From assembly GCA_013265495.1 (NCBI GenBank), contig MU058669.1, positions 186,001 to 250,000 of the forward strand: 64,000 nucleotides of DNA. The letters are read 5' to 3'. Positions 11,623 to 24,333 of this stretch are shown here, piece after piece. The DNA comes from Vicugna vicugna (Eukaryota). How positions within the stretch are numbered: position 1 is the first letter of the stretch; each line of letters starts with the position of its first letter. Position numbers and translations under genes: made by a program. The notes beneath the pieces were generated by a model, which searched no databases, was not told where the DNA came from, and saw only the letters and a program-made list of their open reading frames with translations.

Positions 11623-14600
11623 TAGATATGAAATATAAATATGCATATCCACACACATATATATATACTCATACAATATGCATACACATATACATATCTG
11701 GTATTTTTAAACTGATAAGAACATCCTATGTCATCAAATACTATTTTACAACTTTGACATGTGTAATACTTTTAAAACCAGTCCTCTGTTATATTGACAG
11801 TTCTTCATGGTTCTAAACCATGCTCCCGGGAGATATTAGCGTATCCAATTAGTGGGCAGCAGGGTGCAGTGGACTCTGGGGTCACACAGGCCTGACCCCC
11901 TATCTGGGTGGAGAAGTTTGGCTCATCCTCACCACCTTCTGGTCACCCTGGACAAGCCATTTCCCGTTTCTAAACTTCTTTCCTCTATAAAACAGAGAGA
12001 GAATAATAGTACTTATTTCATAGTAAAGTGCTCAGCTTGGACCTGTCACCTAGAAAGTGCTCAGTGGAAAAAACTCCAGCAATCCGGGAGAGAGAAGAGG
12101 ATGTGCTTTGACTTCCCCACTGACCAGCAGGACTTTACACATTGCTGTTTCACACTGTGCGACAGGAGCCCGTGGAAGTAGTGGGTGACACCCTCTGTAG
12201 TAACTGCTGCCCCAATTTAAGACTGTCTCATTGCTCTTGTTCTTACTTATCTTACTGTTTTCTATGGGTTTCAGGAATACGTAACAAACTATTCAAGGGA
12301 AAGTGCTTTGAGACGACTTTAAAAGACCTGCTTGGCTATTTCACAGTTTTGGTGAAAATGATTCATGCCCATTATAAACAATTTAGATAACACCAAGAAG
12401 GCACAAAGGAGAAAGTGAAATTCTAAATCCTACCAACCGGGACTAACCACGGTTGGCATGTTGGTTGTGGCCTTCTCTTCCTTGCTACCCCTGTGGTGCC
12501 CAGGGCAAGACAGGGCAGGCTTCTGCTGCTTAATAAAAGCCTGCTGACCTCACCAGATTGACTCATTAGCAGCAGCGTGCTCCAGCTCTGTCCCTCCCGG
12601 CCAGCCTCTGACAGTTTCATTAACCCCATTAAATCATGCAGGTGCCTTTACACCTCCTGGGCTTGTTAACCTCGGTTCAGCTCTGTTAAGTTAAAACCTG
12701 GCTGGAAAGTTGGATGTACCTTGTTAACCTCCATTAAACCCTATTAAATTTTCTAACTAGAGTCTTAGTGACTTCTAGGAATCCCTCATTAAAGTTTAGT
12801 GAATCCGGTTGATCAGGACAAGGGGAGCTGTTTTGGCTGCACTGCTTCAAAGTGTGGTGCTCATTCCTGAGTTCTTTGATGGTGGAGTTGACAAGTGTCC
12901 CTAGGCTCAGACGACCCCTGGACTCGCTCCCCTGAGTGCCTCTAGCTCTGTTACTTGGGCAGTTCCTCAACCTCTCCCAGCATGCATTTACACCTCGATA
13001 AATTGGAGTTAACAACAGCTCCTACTTGATATGATTGTAATCAGAGTGGATGGATCGTTGTCTGTAAAGCTAGTAACATGTTGCACACTGCACTTGGTGA
13101 ATATTATTACATTTGGATGTGGAAGGTCCTTATAAACTAAAAAACTGTTAAGTAAATGGAAGATTCAATTCCAGAATTGGAGTGTCCTCCTCCATGCCAG
13201 GCACCGTGCTAGGACCCGTGGATTATTTTCATTCTGATTCCCACCCCCACCCAGATTGAAGATCGTCTATGCCAATAATTCATCTTCACAGTGTCTTTCT
13301 GGCTGTGCATGGCACCCTATTTGCTCAAGCTCTGACCTTTCCGAGCTATTTGAGATTGAACGTAGCTGCTTTCCCTCCCTGGGCCTTAGAGAGCTGGACT
13401 CAGTGACTTCTAAACCTGGATGTGCAGATTCCTTGGGAGGTTTTGTAAAAGTAGTTTCCTGAGCCGCCCTTGGGGAGGTTCTCGTTAAGTAGGTCTTACG
13501 GGGAATTTCTTAAGCAATATTCCTGATGAGGTTGAAACTGCTGGATTGGAAAACATCTAGACCAGGTTAAATTTCTCCACTTTACTGAGCTTAAGTCTTA
13601 CTTGGGGACATTTCAAGAAGTCATATTCCTGGAATTCAATCCCTGCACTTTTCATACTGAGAATCTGGGATGGGGAACCAGGAAGTGGCATTGTAACAGA
13701 GTTCTTACAGGGGATTCTGATGGGAGTGGGAGGTGGCAAGTGCCACCTTTGAAAAAGGCTGGACCTCAGCTGATCTGATATTCAACTCAGTATTCTAAAG
13801 GTCTGTTTTGAAAAAAAGACGTCTGGTTCCTAGTGGAACCTCTGCGCTAATGGTACAGTAAGATGTGGGTTCATCCTTCCATCACGATGGATGTCAGTGG
13901 ATCCTCAAAGGTCAACTCCAGCAGGGATCATACAATTAGGGGGAAGCCTGCAAACAAAGCACTTCTCCTAGGTTCAGTGTGTGAGGGCTCAGAGGCCACC
14001 TGGTTACATATGAAGGGAAGGGAGGGCAGCAGACAGAAGTGGAAGGAACTGCTTATGTCACACCTCAAATCAAGAGGCGACACAGTGTGAAGACTGGAGC
14101 TTCCTTTGCCATCTGGAAGTTGACTCAGGGATCCCCTAAAAAATGGCATCCTTTGGCAGCAATCCATCACTGACCCTGTGAACTCCTGGTGACAGCCGAG
14201 ACTCCCCACCCTCCTTGTCCTCAAAATGCCTCCCGAAAAGTCAACCTTCACAGTATTTACACGGGAGTGGAATGGGAGAGGGTGAGGGTACTGAGAGAAG
14301 AAGCTGTACTTTGTAAATTTTGGTGCTGTTTAAAATTTCAGAGCTAGCGTGTTGCTTCTAGTCGGCTAACATGAAGGGAACCACTTGCTGCATTTCTTTC
14401 TATTCTGCTGAGGACAGAGATGTAGTAAAGTGACACTAGTGACAGATTTGAAATGGAAGACCTGTGTCTGAGGCTTGGCTGGGCTAAGGGCTTTATCCCA
14501 GAGGCCAATCCACTCAGTCAGACAGCCTGGGGCCTTTGATCAAGCAGCCACTAGCAGGTGAGGCAGTGCAGAGATTCCACCGTTTCCAACAAGCATTCAG

Positions 14601-15194
14601 GTGACAGATCAACTTTACATAGCAAGGCTTTAAAGGTGAAGAAATGCTAGCCCATGCACTGCTAAAAATAAGTTTTTGAGGCATTTAAACACCGGAATAT
14701 TTATATCGAGGTCTATCCCTAGCTCCTCTTGACCAGCTGTGAGAAATGGCCACACAGGGCTGGCATTCCACATGGCAACAGGCAGAGCCAAGTGGGGCTG
14801 CCCTTAGAAAGACTGAGTTTTCCAGTCTGCAGCATGCTCTCCCTACCCCACACCCAACATTTCAATTTGTATCCCTCCATCCAGTTTACTTAGAACTCTC
14901 ACAGATGGATAACTTAAGACCCGGAGTGAAGCCAATGTGGCCAGGGGACTTGGTAATCTACACGGCACTCAGCTCCAGACTCAGGCCATCGAACCGCAGT
15001 CCATCTCTTTGCACGTGATTTCTGGATCTGAACCCGTGCGGTGGGCACTGGGAACGGAAGCGGGAGGGGAGGAGCTGTCACTAGTCACCAGTCACACACA
15101 GCCAGGGGCCAAACACGCAAGTGAAGGCATCTGAACTCCATGTGGACGTTCAAAGAGAACAACAGAGTGTCTCTCTCATTTCTCATTCAGATCG

Positions 15195-15200
15195 TTTATT
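15195..15200 (-). terminator. Probable distal SAP30L poly(A) signal (gives a ~5 kb 3' UTR)
   Basis: AATAAA on the minus strand with an upstream TGTA (~15254) and a downstream GT-rich CTCTGTTGTTCTCTTTG. The region 15.2-20.2 kb has few repeats. Confidence 0.6.
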
Positions 15201-18200
15201 AAGAGCGAAAGTCGGGCCGTCCCATCTGTGATATTGCAACATGAAAAGTCACGTACATACTAAGGAGACCCCACAGAATTGAGAGCCTGTCAACAGTACA
15301 GAGCCATAGATTACAGAATTAAAATATAAATGATCCCCCAGATCTGGAAGGAAACACGTACAGTATGAGGAGGCCTGAAATGGAAGGGCACTTGCTTTTC
15401 AATAAGGCAGTTACAAAATGGAAAAAAAAAAAAACAATCTGCACCCCAAAACACTCTAATGGGCATAACAGAATACAGACGGATCCCGCATGACCCTGTC
15501 ATTGGCAAAGATGGGTTCATTAAGTGAAAGCAACAGAAGGGTTAGTGTTTGAAAATGCAAGCTTGGTGAAATAACTGAGTGTAGACATTTCTACCCTAAG
15601 AAAAGGTCCCACCTTGCCCCAGGCTGGATTCCACCTAAAAACATCAGATCAACTCCACCCTTCCTAACCACAAACTTGGAAACAGTCTATAATCAAACAA
15701 AAGGAAGACAAAGGCACCCCTAACGCGTCACGCTTCCCAGGGCATGATTTTGAGCCCACCTGCCCTTCAGTGCAACCGCCTCTCTCAGAAACAGGGACGG
15801 GGGCTGTGGACGGCAGGACCACAGAGCTGTGTTTGTCCAAGTCGGGCCACCTGAATCACTCAACCTCAAAGGACCACCTGAAAGGCTGAAGTCTGACACA
15901 CAGAGCAAGTCCATTCCATGAGAATTTAGATTCTAGGACAACGCTACATTTCCCACCAGAATTTTTGAACCTTGGTCTTAAATTATAGGTTACTTCTGTT
16001 CTCCACTCCCACTTGTTTTGCAAAACTCACCTGACTGCCTTCCCAATCCTTTCACACACTCGAGTTCTGCAGGTTGGCTTATAGTCCCTGAGAGCCAGGT
16101 TGGCCTTGGGAACCTCCGCTCAGTTGCACAGTCTCAAGAATCTGAGGGCAGCTCACTTCAGGCTGGATTACAGTCCAGCTGCAAGTCGGAAAGTCAGAAG
16201 GACGAGAGGCTGGTCCAGGTGATGACACGTGGCTTGGCCAAGTCTACTCGAAATTTTAGTTTCCCCACCTTTAAAAATCAATGACCGGCCAACAGCAAAC
16301 TTACAGGACTCTGCAGCATGAAAATGCGTACTTCTCTGACACCAACACACGTGGTTCCCCCAAGTTCCTAAGCTTTGTTTTCTCAGTAAAAATAATGTGT
16401 GTGAAAGTCCTTCCATGAATCTTAAGGTGCAAGCCCTCAGCGGCCATCACACAGAGCAACAGTTACACTTTAAAATCTCCCAGCGGAAACTTCCCCCGAG
16501 CGAGCCATGTGAGTGGTAGTTTCTACGAGGCAAGCACAAAATGAAGGCCCCACCCACTGTAAGGCAGTTTTCAGCAGGCTGCTAGCACTCCCTTCTCCCC
16601 TGACCTCCCCCATCAGCTTCAGCAAGCAGAGCCTAACCAGGCTGATGCAGCTGCCTCAACATTTCCAACAAGGCACTAAATGGACCAGTACTCAGGGGGA
16701 AGGACAGTCAGGGCACCACGGTGTCTAACCACTAGTGGCTCCTTTCCAAGAGACAAGCATTGTGCCCTGGGACGTGGCAGCAACCAGGTCCTTGGCCAAC
16801 TATCTTGATCATCGTGGCCCCCACTGAGCAGAGACTGAGATGGAAATTAGAGGGATCACAGAAAAGCCAGAGGTTTACAAAGAGAGAACAGGCTTCCCCA
16901 GGAGGTAGTGAGTTCTCTGTCCTCAGAGGTGTTTAAGCCCAGACCGCTCAAACCCGTGTCAGGACGGCTGGAGGCAGAATGTCAGCACCTATGGGGAGAC
17001 TGGACTGGACGACTTACAGGCTCTTCCCGCCTCGTGGATCCTCTCATTGTAACGACAGAGCCTTCAGATGATTTCTGGGCAGCAGCAACTCTGGGATGCA
17101 CAGTCGGGCCCCAGAGTAAGCTTCTCTCCCGCTTTCTCCTTTCTACCAGGCAGTTGCCCTGCAGAGTATTAACAAAAAAGTTTCCACAAAATAAACAGCC
17201 GAAACGCCAAGGTTAGATGCAACATTTTAGCTGCAAACAATTATGCATGTCTATTCTCTGGAAGACAAGCGGTGACTTTCTAGCTAAGACAGAACAGCTA
17301 ACTTGGCAGCTGTTAACACGCAAGTGCAATTTCTCTTCCTGTTACATCACTGGTCTTGAACCCTTTGGTTTCAATCTTTCAAGGGATTCAGCTACAATGT
17401 TTTTCACCTGCTGTTGCCAAGAGTTCGTTCGTCGAAATAAGAAGTTTGTCCATTTTTTAAAAGCCTTAAAACGAAGCAATGTGAATGGCAGGATGGTGAC
17501 AATCCATGTAACAACCTTCAGGGCATAAGAAAGAACCACACGAGGCTGCAACCGAGGCAGAGGCCTGCTCTTTAAGAAGACAACGCCAGTCCCGGCTTTC
17601 ACATTCCAGTTTTGCCCAGGAGCACCAAGAGGAGAGAAGGCAATGTTGCGACATTACAGGTGGAGAGAAAGAAGCGGGTCCTTGACAGGTGGTATCAAAA
17701 TGTAGGCAGCCATGATGAGCGAGCGCTGCTTTCCCCAAACCCCACTGCTCCTCGAAGCCAGACCCGGTTGCTGTGGAGGGTCCAGCCATTTCTAACAGAC
17801 AGAAGTCTCCTGCCCGCAGATCAAGCCATGGGAAACCGCAGGAGAGCTAAGGCAAGTGGCTTAGTGGTCTGATGAAAGAACAGATTTCTGCACACAAGAA
17901 AAACCTAAGTTCAGAGAGCTTTGTCTTTTCCCTCACTTGACGTGTTATCAAAGGTTGAAAAGACACCACAAACTCCCCTTTTTTCCAAAGGACCTCTCTT
18001 TAGAGGAAGGATGGTGCGGGACTCGCGTGCACACGGCATCTGGCTGAGGGTGAGAGGTTTCCCCCGGCTTCGCTTGGGCACAAAAGCACGCTGACAGACA
18101 CACTTGAACGGATAGAGCCCGACACCACGACTTCCTGTACAGAAACGTACTGCCGTCTCTCTCAACTGGGAACACAGACTGGCTGCTCAAGAAGCAGTAA

Positions 18201-20158
18201 AAACCTACAATTTTGGTTTGAACATCAGAAAGATACGCTTCTTTTCTCAATAAGACAGAGACATTTCCAGAGAGCAGGTTACCAGTACCTTAACTCCATC
18301 TGCCCCCGAACTCCAGCCTGATGAGAAAACACTCCTCTTGACAAAGGCGGTTTGGTGTTTGAAGTCTTCAAAACCTTTCTAACTCAGCTTGTCAGGAAAA
18401 AAACCTACATAAGCCACAGACTATTGAGCCTTCTTGATTCCTACACGTCAACAGCCTTCAGCTGTAAGTAGTGAGACAATCTCTAAATATGTATTGAATC
18501 TGAATGGCGGAAAGCAGGCAGAGAGCACCCTGACGAGCCATCCACAGTCAGGTGTGTGAAAGTAAGAGCCCCCCCCCCCATGGCCTAGAGTATGCGCTAT
18601 GTACATTCATTTATGTATGTTAAAAGGCTGCAGTTTGCTAGCATGCATCGTGAACACTGGTGAAAGCTCGGTGAGCGGCGGCCCGGTCCCCGTGCGCGGA
18701 ACGCACGCTCCGCAGGCCGAGTCCCCGGGCGCCCCACCGCCCTGCTTGGGCAGGGGCGTGGTTTCGTTCTGACTTCTCTGTGCTGACGCTAAGATTGAGC
18801 CATCTGCGAGACACTAAAACTCTGCCAGGCCAGGCTGTCCACTGCTGCTTTTATTCTTTAAGGCTTAAGAAAGAACTCAGAATGAAAACTGAGTAAAAAG
18901 TGATACTTTTGACCACAACATATGTCAAGATGGTCAGAACTAGAATTCAAGTCCTTTCTTCTTTTTTCTTCCCACCCCAGTCCACATTCTGCCCACCCCC
19001 AACATACTGATTAGAAAATTTTGCAAAAGCATGCTTTTGGATATAAAGCTTTGTTTTCAAACAATACTTTGGCTTTGATATAATTAGATAGAGGAATCTG
19101 AGTTTTTGAACATAAAAATCAGGTAATTTTTAATACTTAAAAAAAATAAACTTTAGCAATCTTTCCCCCAAAGAGGGAGGCAAATTGCTCACAGAAATGA
19201 ACATCAGATGGCACTGACCTTCGTTGTTTAAGCCCATGATTTGCTGTTGACCCCCAGGCTCAGGAAATCAAGGCTAGTCAGACCTTCTATCCCAGAGCTG
19301 GACTTTCAAGCAGGAATCACCTGGTCCTTGGCAGCTTCCTTTTGGTTGTGAACTAAGGATTAGTTACTTCTGAAGACATGAGCCCCCAACAACTAAGTAT
19401 CTCCATTTATCAAAGCTTTTCTCGCCCAAGAGCATGGCTGGTCATAATACATAACTTCATCCCAAAGAATGAAGCGTGGAGGGGTGCACAAAGGGCCACG
19501 GCTCCTGGGAGCGGGTCCGCATCAGTGTTTCTGGAACCTCCACAAATACAGCTTGGCACATGAGATTGCCCTGAAGTCCTCGTCTGATCTGAAACTTCCA
19601 CTGGTACACCAGGATCTCCTCCACATGCTAGAAGTTAAATGGTGAGCAACAGACATGGCAGAGGTCTCAATACCGAGAAGTGGGAAGCAGATATTACGAG
19701 CCTGGCACTGTTAGTGACAGCTGGATAAGCCAGCAAGTGGTGACTGAGTGCCTACTGTGTGCAAGGCACAGGGCCGGTGAGGGGACCGGTCAGACTGTTT
19801 TGCTGATAAGTAACAAAACCCCCGACACAGCGGGGCATCTGAGTTCCCAGCAGACCGGGTCTGCTCGGGCACCTCCACCGTCAGCCGAACCTCGCTGCTG
19901 TGCCAGGGCTGCCCTCATGGGCAGCAGCGCGGAACTGCAAGGTGACTACCAAAATATCTGTCGTCCCACATTTCCAGCAGAACTGACTTCATGCTTTGTT
20001 GCATTTGGCAATGCATTGTTTTCCTTTAATTCTTTTTCTGATCTTGTGTTTTTAGTCCAGGAGTTGTCTTAAAAGAAAGTCTTTGTACAAACATGCTGAA
20101 TCATGAGAATATAATCCTCCTGACTGAAAAGATTTACAGTATTCATCATTCAAACTTT

Positions 20159-20164
20159 TTTATT
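20159..20164 (-). terminator. Proximal candidate SAP30L poly(A) signal
   Basis: AATAAA about 100 nt after the stop codon. Another AATAAA lies at 18850-18855. Confidence 0.4.
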
Positions 20165-20260
20165 TACAATAAAATTTAACAGTCTTTGTGGGCGTAAATG
20201 TAGCAGATATCACCTGTGCATGAAGCATTACACGTCATTCCTTGGAGACGGGCTTCACCC

Positions 20261-20389
20261 TCACTCGAGCTGCTTGCCGCCTTCTGACTTCTGGTCCAGT
20301 CTACTCTTGTTACTCTTCACCATGTAGATGAAGTAAGCGAGGGTCTCTTTTTCATTCACAGGTATGTTCCTGAAGTGTCGGCTGACAGT
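20261..20389 (-). CDS. SAP30L: SAP30L exon 4 (terminal coding exon)
   Basis: Acceptor TAG, then TVSRHFRNIPVNEKETLAYFIYMVKSNKSRLDQKSEGGKQLE* (Sin3-binding region). TGA at 20263-20261. Confidence 0.96.
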   Translation of the reverse strand, partial: TVSRHFRNIPVNEKETLAYFIYMVKSNKSRLDQKSEGGKQLE

Positions 20390-21933
20390 CTACATTGGGG
20401 GTGGGGGGAAACAAAGTCCATTAAACCACGGATAAATCAGGGCCACAAATTCTAAGTCATGCAAAAGAGGAAAGAGCAGGTGGCTCCAGAGCGTGGGAGG
20501 GGCGGTGGTGACTGCAGGACGCCCTGCGGTGCTGAACACTCAGAACGCCCTTCTCTCCCAGGTTCAGCTGACTTGCTTTCCGGGCTTCCAAAAGTGGCAC
20601 TTTAACCCACAATACTCCCAAGATGGAGTTCTATTTCAGTGGCAGCCAACCACAGCATAGTGTCAAGGTCATCCCCATGGAGGAAGAGGCTGGGGCTGCT
20701 CTGACTGGCTAGCTCTGACCACAACCTCTCAGGCCCTGGAACTGGGCAGAAAACTGTCTTTTTAAAATTGTGTCAGATAAACAGCCAACTGAACAGATGT
20801 AAGTGCCTGACCCCAAAAAATCATCTAAATAGTACATAACTGCTTCTTGAAAGACATATCAGATTTGAAAAAACATTCATCATTTACTCTATATTCCTGA
20901 ACTTTGACTTATTTACAAGCCCTGGGAAGGCAGGTCTTCTCTTGCCCCACCTCATCCCATCCCTTCCATCAGGGGTGGACACTGGCAAGTGGGTAATGTT
21001 ATCTTGAAGTAAGAAAGGCTTGTCTGCGTCTATGTTTTATCTGGATGCTGATGGAGATGTTTAAGAAAAAACGACGGATCAGCAAGAAACCCCTAAAGGA
21101 AGGACCACAAACCAACGGGGCTGTGAGCCTTTAGGGACATCTCTGGACGGACCGAGGTGTCGAGGACAGAGGAAAAGGGAGTCAGAGAACTAGAACTACT
21201 GAGTGCTTCTCTCTGGATGGTAGGGTTGTATTTTTCTTCTCATCATTTTCCAAGTTTTTCTACGACAGGCAGAAAAACACATTTAGAAAAGGATGAGAGG
21301 GCTCCCACACAAATGCCAACAGCACCAGAAGCATCAAAGCAGGCGGTCAGTGTATTAAAACAAGGCCCATGGAGCGCCCCACCCCACCCCACGCCTGGAA
21401 CGGTGTTAAGGGTTCAGGGCAGGAGGAACCGTTCCTGGGCTCCTTTCATTATAATAAATACTTCCATTGCTAACATCAGAGTAGAAGAAGTCAAGGAAAA
21501 AAACCAAAGAAAGAAAAATAGCTCCTACTGAACCTGAGTGAAGGTTTGGGGATGATTAATGTGACACACCCAATGTGCAGAATGGAACATAACTGGAAAG
21601 AATCTTGCAAAACAAGATTCAAACACAAGAACAAACAAAAGAACACTCAGGACTTAGAATCAGGAGTCTTGAGATTCCAAGCTACCAACTTGCTGTGTGA
21701 TTTTAAGCAAGTCCTTTCTTTTCTCTGCGCCCTGGTTTCTTTTATGAAAATCAGGCTTTTCTAGGTCTAAAGCTGGGGGAGTCTAAATTGTGCAAAAGAG
21801 GGAAGTGGAAGTTGCTTCCAGAGGGAGGGCGGGGATTACGATCAACAGACACACAGCAGGAGGGAGAATCAAGGTCACCATCAGAAGTTCAGTGCTGGCT
21901 CTCCCTTTTTAGAGTGTAATTTTGTCTACCTAC

Positions 21934-22032
21934 TTCTGCTAACTGGGCCTTATTGAAGCCTGGTCTGGTCTGCAATTTGTAGTGTCGTTTGTAACGTCGG
22001 AGAGTGTTCACCTGCAGCTGGAACAGATCAAC
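21934..22032 (-). CDS. SAP30L: SAP30L exon 3
   Basis: [42 protein letters not shown], 99 nt, phase 0/0. Confidence 0.96.
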
Positions 22033-23474
22033 CTAGAGAGAAGAGGAGAAACAAATTATCCATCACCTGACCAGCCACGACTCACCGAGAGCCCACGATG
22101 TGCCTAGCACTACACTAGGTAGGGGTGGGGATGGAGAGAACTACAAAGAAGTCTTAGAAATGGTCCACTGAGGACTAGTAACTGGCTGGGAGACGGAAAC
22201 AACCATGGAAGTGGAATTCCGGCTGGGGAAGGGTGGTCCCAGGAGGCTGATGGAGGTGGTGAAGCTTATGCTAAGGAGGGGCAGGGTTCAGAAAGGCGGA
22301 GAGGAACAGAGATACAGTAGGGAATGAGAGAGAAGGCCATGAGCTCGGAAAGCCAGGAGATGAACACATGGGCCAGAGGGTCGGAGGCACTGGTGATGGG
22401 TTTAAAAGGTGAGACTGAGTGACAGCGTGTCGTGAAAAGCAGGAGGAGCTGAGCCAATGTGGGAGGGTGCTGCTCTAGGAGGATGGATCTGTGGTGGTTT
22501 GCAGGGACGACTGGCTGGGGCTAAGGGGACGGCAGAGAGAGACACTACAGCAATGATCCAGACATGAAACAGTGAGGTGGAGCTGGGGATGCTGATGCTA
22601 GGGGGGTGGCAAGCACGAAGAGCCAAGGTAAAGGCAGACACACATTCTGGAGGACAGGCCAGACAGAGGGGCACAGTGGGAAAGACGGGAATTCTCAAAC
22701 AGCTCTTCCCTGGGCTCAGCCTGCGGGCACTAGAATCCTTAGCGACCCTCCAGAGAGAGCTCAGAGCTACTGGAGCCGATGTGCAAATCAGCAGGGTAGG
22801 GTCGTGGTCTCTGCAGATGGCTGCATAACACCGGGGAGAGGACCCTCCCTTCTTTTTCTAACACGGGAAAGAGGAAAGCTGCACAGTCATGAAATACTGA
22901 AGGCCCAGAAGGTTGGGCTGCCTTTACCTGCCTCTAAAAGAGACGTTCTTGCTTCAGGCAGGTGGAGAGCACTTAAAAACAAAATGAATTATCAATATGA
23001 GGGACCAAAGTCCTTCATTCTTTTTCAAAACATTCCTCAACCCCCCCTTTTTTTTGTGAAAAGCATTTAGAAAGTGAATATATCCATTTCTTCGCAAAAA
23101 TAATAATAGTGCTAAAGGCATCAGAAAGATACTGTAAAACAACGCCAGAAAAGGGGACATAGGGAGGGGCAGAGGGAAAGGGACATATTTTCAAAGGTTT
23201 CCTCCACATCTGCAGACAAAGGCCCGCCTACTCTTTCTATTCCTACACAGTCATTTTCACTCTGAGTGCTAACAGGCGGTTGCCTTATGAAATATTCATG
23301 TGTCAAATATTCAATGTACATTATAAATGGTTCTTCTTTCGCTGAGTCTTAAGCGAAAACAATTTAGAGAGAGAGAAATCCGATATTCCTCCTAGTAGCC
23401 TTGCTTAACAGATACTGGCACCTTGAAGGAAAGGTGGGCCTCTGGTTTAAGAAGGCTGGGGCTCTCTGTCTATG

Positions 23475-23680
23475 CAGTAGTTCTCAACAGGGGATGAGTC
23501 TGCCCCCCAGAGGACACCTGCAATGTCTGGAGACAGTCACGACTCAGAGGGTGGTATGCCTGGCACCTAGTGGCTAGAAGCCAGGGATCCCGCTAAACAT
23601 CCTTCGATGCACACGGTAGCTCCCACCGTGAAGAGTTATCTGGCCCCCAGTGTCAAAAGTGCCAGGGTTGAGAAACCCTG
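23475..23680 (+). mobile_element. MER20 (hAT-Charlie) in SAP30L intron 2
   Basis: Ends CAGTAGTTCTCAAC...GTTGAGAAACCCTG; internal 'gcaatgtctggagaca' and 'gctaaacatcct'. Confidence 0.85.
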
Positions 23681-24210
23681 GCCCTGGGTAACTGACCTTG
23701 GAATAGATCTTTGGGAACGAGCCTGGGCCAGGAATCAGAGACTGATGGAGATTCAGAGCGGGTATGACCTGACAAGTTACACCTTCACTTTGCACACCAG
23801 AGAACAGGGGGAGTGGCTTCCCTCAATCCATACACATTCACTCAGTCTTCAACTTTAAAGGCAAAAACAAAGTTTTAAAAACCTTGACATTGTGGTTGTA
23901 TTTAAGCATTTGTCAGGGGCTTCTTGAAGAAAGGCAGCATGGCCTACTGGAGAAGACACTGGATCGGAGCCCCCAAGATACACGTGTGACCCCAAGTGTC
24001 TGTGCCTGTCTGTAAAAAGGTGGGGCAGTCAGACTGGCTGATTTCCAAGCTCTCATCTCCCAGATTCCGTATTACCATGATTCTATGATTCACTTTTCAA
24101 ATAAACCACACCAAAGAGGACTCAAGTTACTGCTTAGACCAGGCCAGAGGTAAGGATCAGATGAGAACCCAGCCTCCCAGCTTTCTCAAGCTGAAGTTTT
24201 GGACCTTTAC

Positions 24211-24333
24211 CTCAGGAATGTCAGTGTCGTGCTCAGGAGAATCTCCACCATCGTCACTCGTCTTCCTCTTCCTTTTATTTCGTACGCTCTGGATGAAGTT
24301 TTTGTGGAAATCACAGATATACAGGTGCCTTAC
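24211..24333 (-). CDS. SAP30L: SAP30L exon 2 (second half of the zinc finger plus basic NLS)
   Basis: [50 protein letters not shown], 123 nt, phase 0/0. Confidence 0.96.

Noticed and set aside
11101..11816. Cys/Val- and His/Thr-rich ORFs
   Set aside because: Translations of the TG/CA microsatellite and the Tigger relic.
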